DNA of 63,972 nucleotides, counting the filler, from Anaerolineae bacterium (GTDB lineage Bacteria > Chloroflexota > Anaerolineae > B4-G1 > DUEL01): assembly GCA_041082215.1 (NCBI GenBank). It is 8 parts of 7 records of this genome, joined end to end, with 100 filler letters (N's around TTAATTAATTAA, not from the genome) between each part and the next. Parts side by side here need not be neighbours in the genome. Positions count along the whole stretch, not along the records: positions 57,373 to 60,102 come from JBDOIF010000160.1; positions 60,203 to 62,725 come from JBDOIF010000079.1; positions 62,826 to 63,972 come from JBDOIF010000081.1; 5 more parts are not named here. One strand, given 5' to 3'. How positions within the stretch are numbered: the first letter of the stretch is position 1; each line of letters begins with the position of its first letter. This document shows positions 59,952 through 63,972 of the stretch, piece by piece. The translations under genes were made by a program, and so were the position numbers. The notes beneath the pieces are model-generated. The model saw only the letters and a program-made list of their open reading frames with translations. It searched no databases and was not told where the DNA came from.

Positions 59952-60102
59952 CCCCCACCCCACCCCCGCCCGCCTCCGGCGGGCACCCCCTCCCCTCCCC
60001 CGCGCGGCGGGAGAAGCCCTCACCCCACCCCCGCCCGCCTGCGGCGGGCACCCCCTCCCCTCTCCCGCACGGCGGGAGTGGCCCTCACCCCACCCCCGCC
60101 CG
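59952..60102. repeat. Tandem copies of a CCCTCACCCC/CCCCCTCCCCTCTCCC REP-like element
   Basis: About 2.3 tandem units (CCCTCACCCCACCCCCGCCCGCC...GGCGGGCACCCCCTCCCC...) running into the contig end. Confidence 0.75.
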
Positions 60103-60202
60103 NNNNNNNNNNNNNNNNNNNNNNNNNNNNNNNNNNNNNNNNNNNNTTAATTAATTAANNNNNNNNNNNNNNNNNNNNNNNNNNNNNNNNNNNNNNNNNN
60201 NN

Positions 60203-61053
60203 AATAGCGGCTGGCCGGTTGTGGGATGGGTGAAGGCCCCGATCCGCCCCTGCGTCTCCGGCGAGGTGAGCCAGGCGATGAACCGCCTGGCCGCTTCATA
60301 ATTGACGCCGGGGTGCAGCTTGGGATTGACCGCTATCACGTGGTAGGGGTTGAAGAGAATGGGGTCCCCCTCAACCAGGATGGGAAGGGTGTAGCCTTCC
60401 GAGAGCCGGGAAAGATAGGTCCCCCGGTCGCTGAGGGTGTAGGCCCCCAGCTCCTCCGCCATGGCCAGCACCTCCCCCATCCCCTGCCCGGCGGAGATGT
60501 ACCACTCCCCCCCCGGCGCGATCCCCGCCGCCTGCCAGATGGCCTTCTCTTTGGAATGCGTCCCCGAATCGTCCCCACGGGAGACGAAGAGGGCCTGGGC
60601 CCCGGCGATGCGGGCAAAGGCCCCCACAGCGTCGGCCATCCCGGCGATGGAAGCGGGGTCTGCCTCCGGGCCGACGACCACGAAGTCGTTGTACATCACC
60701 GGCTGCCGGTCAACGCCGTAGCCCATCTCAACGAAGGCCTCCTCCTGGTCGGGTGCATGCACCAGGAGGACGTCGGCGTCTCCGTTGCGGCCCAGCGCCA
60801 GCGCCTGCCCTGTCCCCACCGCCACCACCTGCACTTCGATGCCGGTCTCCTCCTCGAACGCCGGCAGCAGGTAGTCCAGCAGCCTCGAATCGTAGGTGGA
60901 GGTCGTCGTCGCCAGGATCAGGCGGGGTGGGGGCGTCGTCGCCGCCCTGTTGCACCCCCCAAGCCCCAGAAGCGCCGCTGCGGCCAGCAGAACTACCTTA
61001 CCCCTTCTGTTCCGCTTCCTGCCTCTTGCCCCTTGCCCACCTGCCCCTACCAC
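60203..61053 (-). CDS. tupA: Tungstate ABC transporter substrate-binding protein, C-terminus truncated
   Basis: LATTTST.DS, VGTGQAL..G..GDADVLLVHAP, MYNDFVVVGP, SRGDDSGTH.KE, LSDRGTY. Confidence 0.9.
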
Positions 61054-61772
61054 ACCATCTCCCCCTGTATAAACGCCGCCGTCCGGGAGTCGCGGGGAGC
61101 GGTGAAAAAAGTGTCCACGTCCCCCTCCTCCACCGCCCGCCCGTTCAGGAGGAGGAGGACCCGATCGGCCACCCGCCGGGCCTGGAGGATGTTGTGGGTG
61201 ACCCAGACCACGGTCGTGCCCTCCCGCCGGTTCATCTCCCGCACCACCTCCTCGATCAACCCCACGTTGTAGGGGTCCAGGTTGGCCGTGGGCTCGTCCA
61301 GCAGGAGGACCGCTGGGGAGAGGATGATGGCGCGGGCCAGCGCCACCCGCTGCGCCTCACCGCCGGAGAGCTTGTGGGCCGGGGTGCGGGCCAGCTCTGC
61401 CAGCCCCAGCCGCTGGAGCACCGCCTGTGTCCGCTCCCGCCCGTCCCGCATCCCCCGCAGCCGCAGCCCGTAGACCACGTTGCCCACCACGGAGGTGGAG
61501 AGCAGCGCAGGCCGCTGGAAGACCGTCGTCACCTGCCGCCGCAGCGGGAGCGGCACCGGCCCCCGGCCGATCCGGTATCCCTGGAAGGTGATGCTCCCTC
61601 CGTCCGGCGGCTCCAGGAAGTTGAGCAGCCGCAGCAGGGTGGATTTCCCCGCACCGCTGGGGCCGACGACCGCCAGAACCTTCCCCCGCCCTATCTCCAG
61701 GCGGGACAGGTCCAGCACACACCGGCCGTCATAGGACTTCCGCACCCCCTCCAGCACGTACATCGCTTCCAT
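61047..61772 (-). CDS. tupC: Tungstate ABC transporter ATP-binding protein
   Basis: GPSGAGKST, LSGGEAQR, LLLDEPT. Lies between tupB and tupA. Confidence 0.85.
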   Translation of the reverse strand: MEAMYVLEGVRKSYDGRCVLDLSRLEIGRGKVLAVVGPSGAGKSTLLRLLNFLEPPDGGSITFQGYRIGRGPVPLPLRRQVTTVFQRPALLSTSVVGNVVYGLRLRGMRDGRERTQAVLQRLGLAELARTPAHKLSGGEAQRVALARAIILSPAVLLLDEPTANLDPYNVGLIEEVVREMNRREGTTVVWVTHNILQARRVADRVLLLLNGRAVEEGDVDTFFTAPRDSRTAAFIQGEMVW

Positions 61773-61804
61773 CCTTCCCCCCGTCTCCGCGTCCCCGCGT
61801 TCCC

Positions 61805-62512
61805 CTATCTCCCCTTCCCCTGCAACTGCGCCGCCGCCAGGTTGACCAGGAAGGAGAGGGAGAGGAGCACCAGCCCCAGGCCGATGGCCAGGTCGAAATT
61901 GCCCCGGCGGGTCTCCAGGAGGATGGCAGTGGTGAGGACACGGGTCGAGCCTTCGATGTTGCCCCCCACCATCATCACTGCACCGACCTCAGAGATAATG
62001 CTCCCCAGCCCGGCGATGAGGGAGACCAGCACCCCGAGCCGCGCCTCCCGGAGGACCGCCCGCGTGGCCTGCAGACGGGTGGCTCCCAGCGCCTCGACCT
62101 GTCGGCGCAGGTCGGGGTCCACCCCGGCGACGGCGGCCATAGTGAAGCCGGCCACCATCGGCGAGGCGATGACCACCTGGGCCATCACCATCGCCCCCGG
62201 CGTGAAAAGCTCCGGCAGCCAGGGCAGGTCCAGCGGGCCGAGGACTCCGTTGCGGGAAAGGAGCAGGTACACTCCCAGGCCGACGACCACGGGGGGGAGG
62301 CCCATGCCGGTGTAGATCAGCGCCTGCACGATGCGCCGGCCGGGGAAGCGGGCCAGCCCCACCGCGGCTCCCACAGGGATGCCCATCACTGCACTGACCG
62401 CCAGCGCCGCCCCGCTCACCTGCGCCGACCGGCCGATGATCTGCCAGAGATACGGGTCGCCGCCCAGCAGGAGCCGAAGCCCCGCCTGCAGCCCCGTCCA
62501 GATGACGCCCAT
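61805..62512 (-). CDS. tupB: Tungstate ABC transporter permease
   Basis: MGLPPVVVGL, SEVGAVMMVGGNIEGSTRVLTTAI. Confidence 0.9.
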   Translation of the reverse strand: MGVIWTGLQAGLRLLLGGDPYLWQIIGRSAQVSGAALAVSAVMGIPVGAAVGLARFPGRRIVQALIYTGMGLPPVVVGLGVYLLLSRNGVLGPLDLPWLPELFTPGAMVMAQVVIASPMVAGFTMAAVAGVDPDLRRQVEALGATRLQATRAVLREARLGVLVSLIAGLGSIISEVGAVMMVGGNIEGSTRVLTTAILLETRRGNFDLAIGLGLVLLSLSFLVNLAAAQLQGKGR

Positions 62513-62825
62513 CGCCGCTCTCCCGGACGGGATTCTACCACTGAACGGGGGGCGGGGCAAGTTTCGGGCACAGTGCCCAAAACTGGCGGCGCAGGATGCG
62601 TCCTGCCCTGCGGCCCGGACCGAAACTGGCGTTCCTGGTCGCCTGTGTTATAATCACTTCGGTAACCGCCTGCCTGGTGGCGGTTTGGCCCTCACCCCTC
62701 CCCCTACCCCCTCCCCTCTCCCGCGNNNNNNNNNNNNNNNNNNNNNNNNNNNNNNNNNNNNNNNNNNNNTTAATTAATTAANNNNNNNNNNNNNNNNNNN
62801 NNNNNNNNNNNNNNNNNNNNNNNNN

Positions 62826-63472
62826 CCACCGTCGTTGTACTGGAAGATGATGTCCCCATCCGAGGTCAGGATCACCTCAAAGTCGCCGGCCGTGCCGCCA
62901 CCATAGTGGTTCCAGTTGTAGTACTGCACGACCAAGCACTGCTGGGAAGCATATCCCGGGTAGGGACAGGAGGCGAAGGTCTGGCGGTAGACGCCACCGG
63001 TGGAGTAGTTCGGGTAGAGGTCGTCGAACATCAGTGCGATGTGGTTGACCGGGTTGGAGGCGTTCGGGTAGGGGCAGTAGGCATAGAGAGAAGAAGAACC
63101 CGAGTCGAATTCGATGTGGCCGTTGCTGGAGACGTAGAACTGGGTCTTCCCTACGCCGTAGAAGTTGAAGGTGAAGCCGATGGGGAAGGGGCCGGCGAAG
63201 GAGTCATCGGTCAGGCCAGAGATGAGCGTGCCAGTGGTATGGATGTCGACGTAGCTGAAGGGGACGGTCTGTCCGATGTAGCCGAACCCATCCGGACCAG
63301 GCCAGACGGCCTCTGGCGCGGCCTGGGAAGCCGGAGTGCCCTCGGGAGCTACCCCGGTACTCGCCGGGCCCTGGGGTTGGGGCGGGGAAGCCGGTTCCTG
63401 GGCCAGAGCGGCCGGCCCGACGAGCCCCGCCAGCAGGAGGAACAAGGCGATCAGAGCAGGAACACGTCGCAT
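62826..63472 (-). CDS. Secreted protein, N-terminal fragment (nidogen/adhesin-like extracellular domain)
   Basis: Signal peptide MRRVPALIALFLLLAGLVGPAALA. GPDGFGY...DDSFAGPFPIGFTFNFYG...YVSSNG...IALMFDDL. Confidence 0.75.
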
Positions 63473-63899
63473 GGGGCTTTCCTTTCTCTGTCCTCGCGTC
63501 TGCCCGCGAACCGCGGCTCCGATGATATATGGGGTGGCCAGCCCAGCGCTTGCCACAGCCCGGGCAGACAAAAAGGGTAGCCGCATATTTGGGCCGACAT
63601 ACCTCCTTGGGAAAGGGAAACTCGTGAGCACCTCGCGTAGCTCACGAAGAAGGTGGCAGCTCCACTGCCGGTTCCGGGAAACCACACTCTATTATACCAC
63701 ACTTGTCAAGAGGGGCTTTCAGCCCGGCCAAAGTGGGATGGGATAACGGATGGGTGTGGAGCGGGCGGCGAAGCTAGCGGCCCCAGGCCCCCGTTCTTCC
63801 TTCCCCTGCTCGCTGTTCGGCGGCCCGAAGGGAGAGAAGGAGGGCGGGGCGCAGAGGCTCCGTCCCCACCCCTGTCCGCACATCGGTCGCCTGCGGATC

Positions 63900-63935
63900 A
63901 AGAAAAGGGATGCCGGGGTCTTGCCCCGGCATCCC
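63900..63935 (-). terminator. Intrinsic terminator of a minus-strand gene lying beyond the window
   Basis: GGGATGCCGGGG-N5-CCCCGGCATCCC hairpin followed by TTTTCTT on the minus strand. Confidence 0.65.
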
Positions 63936-63972
63936 TGTCGGAACCGGACGTCCTGGAGGGCGGGATACCCTC

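Noticed and set aside
63691..63709. Minus-strand TTGACA...TATAAT upstream of the last secreted-protein gene
   Set aside because: The spacing is only 7 nt. At most it is an extended -10 element, and the leader hairpins match no riboswitch I recognise.

Overview
GC-rich bacterial DNA made of eight contigs joined by artificial 100-nt linkers (N44-TTAATTAATTAA-N44), so adjacency across a linker is unproven. Gene content suggests an anaerobic Chloroflexota/Anaerolineae-like genome (inference). The standout is a complete diversity-generating retroelement (DGR) on one contig: reverse transcriptase (39218-40273), Avd (40292-40639), template repeat (40682-40803) and a target gene (41001-44000). The target encodes a signal-peptide/TM-NACHT-FGE(C-type-lectin fold) protein. 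Its C-terminal variable repeat (43861-43982) differs from the template at 20 of 122 positions, all of them template adenines. The window also holds a beta-oxidation/AbfD cluster, RNase P RNA, an ArsR-LpdA-GcvH-DGC operon, a giant DUF11-repeat surface protein and a 6-GAF hybrid-kinase signalling cluster bracketed by an intact and a serine-less alpha/beta-hydrolase. Further along are rph, a kinase/PP2C/DnaJ-vWA/FHA operon, two Hsp20 genes, tRNA-Gly/Cys/Leu, a non-pyrrolysine MttB plus corrinoid protein, tupABC, and several families of REP-like palindromic repeats. All product calls come from reading motifs by eye; no searches were run.
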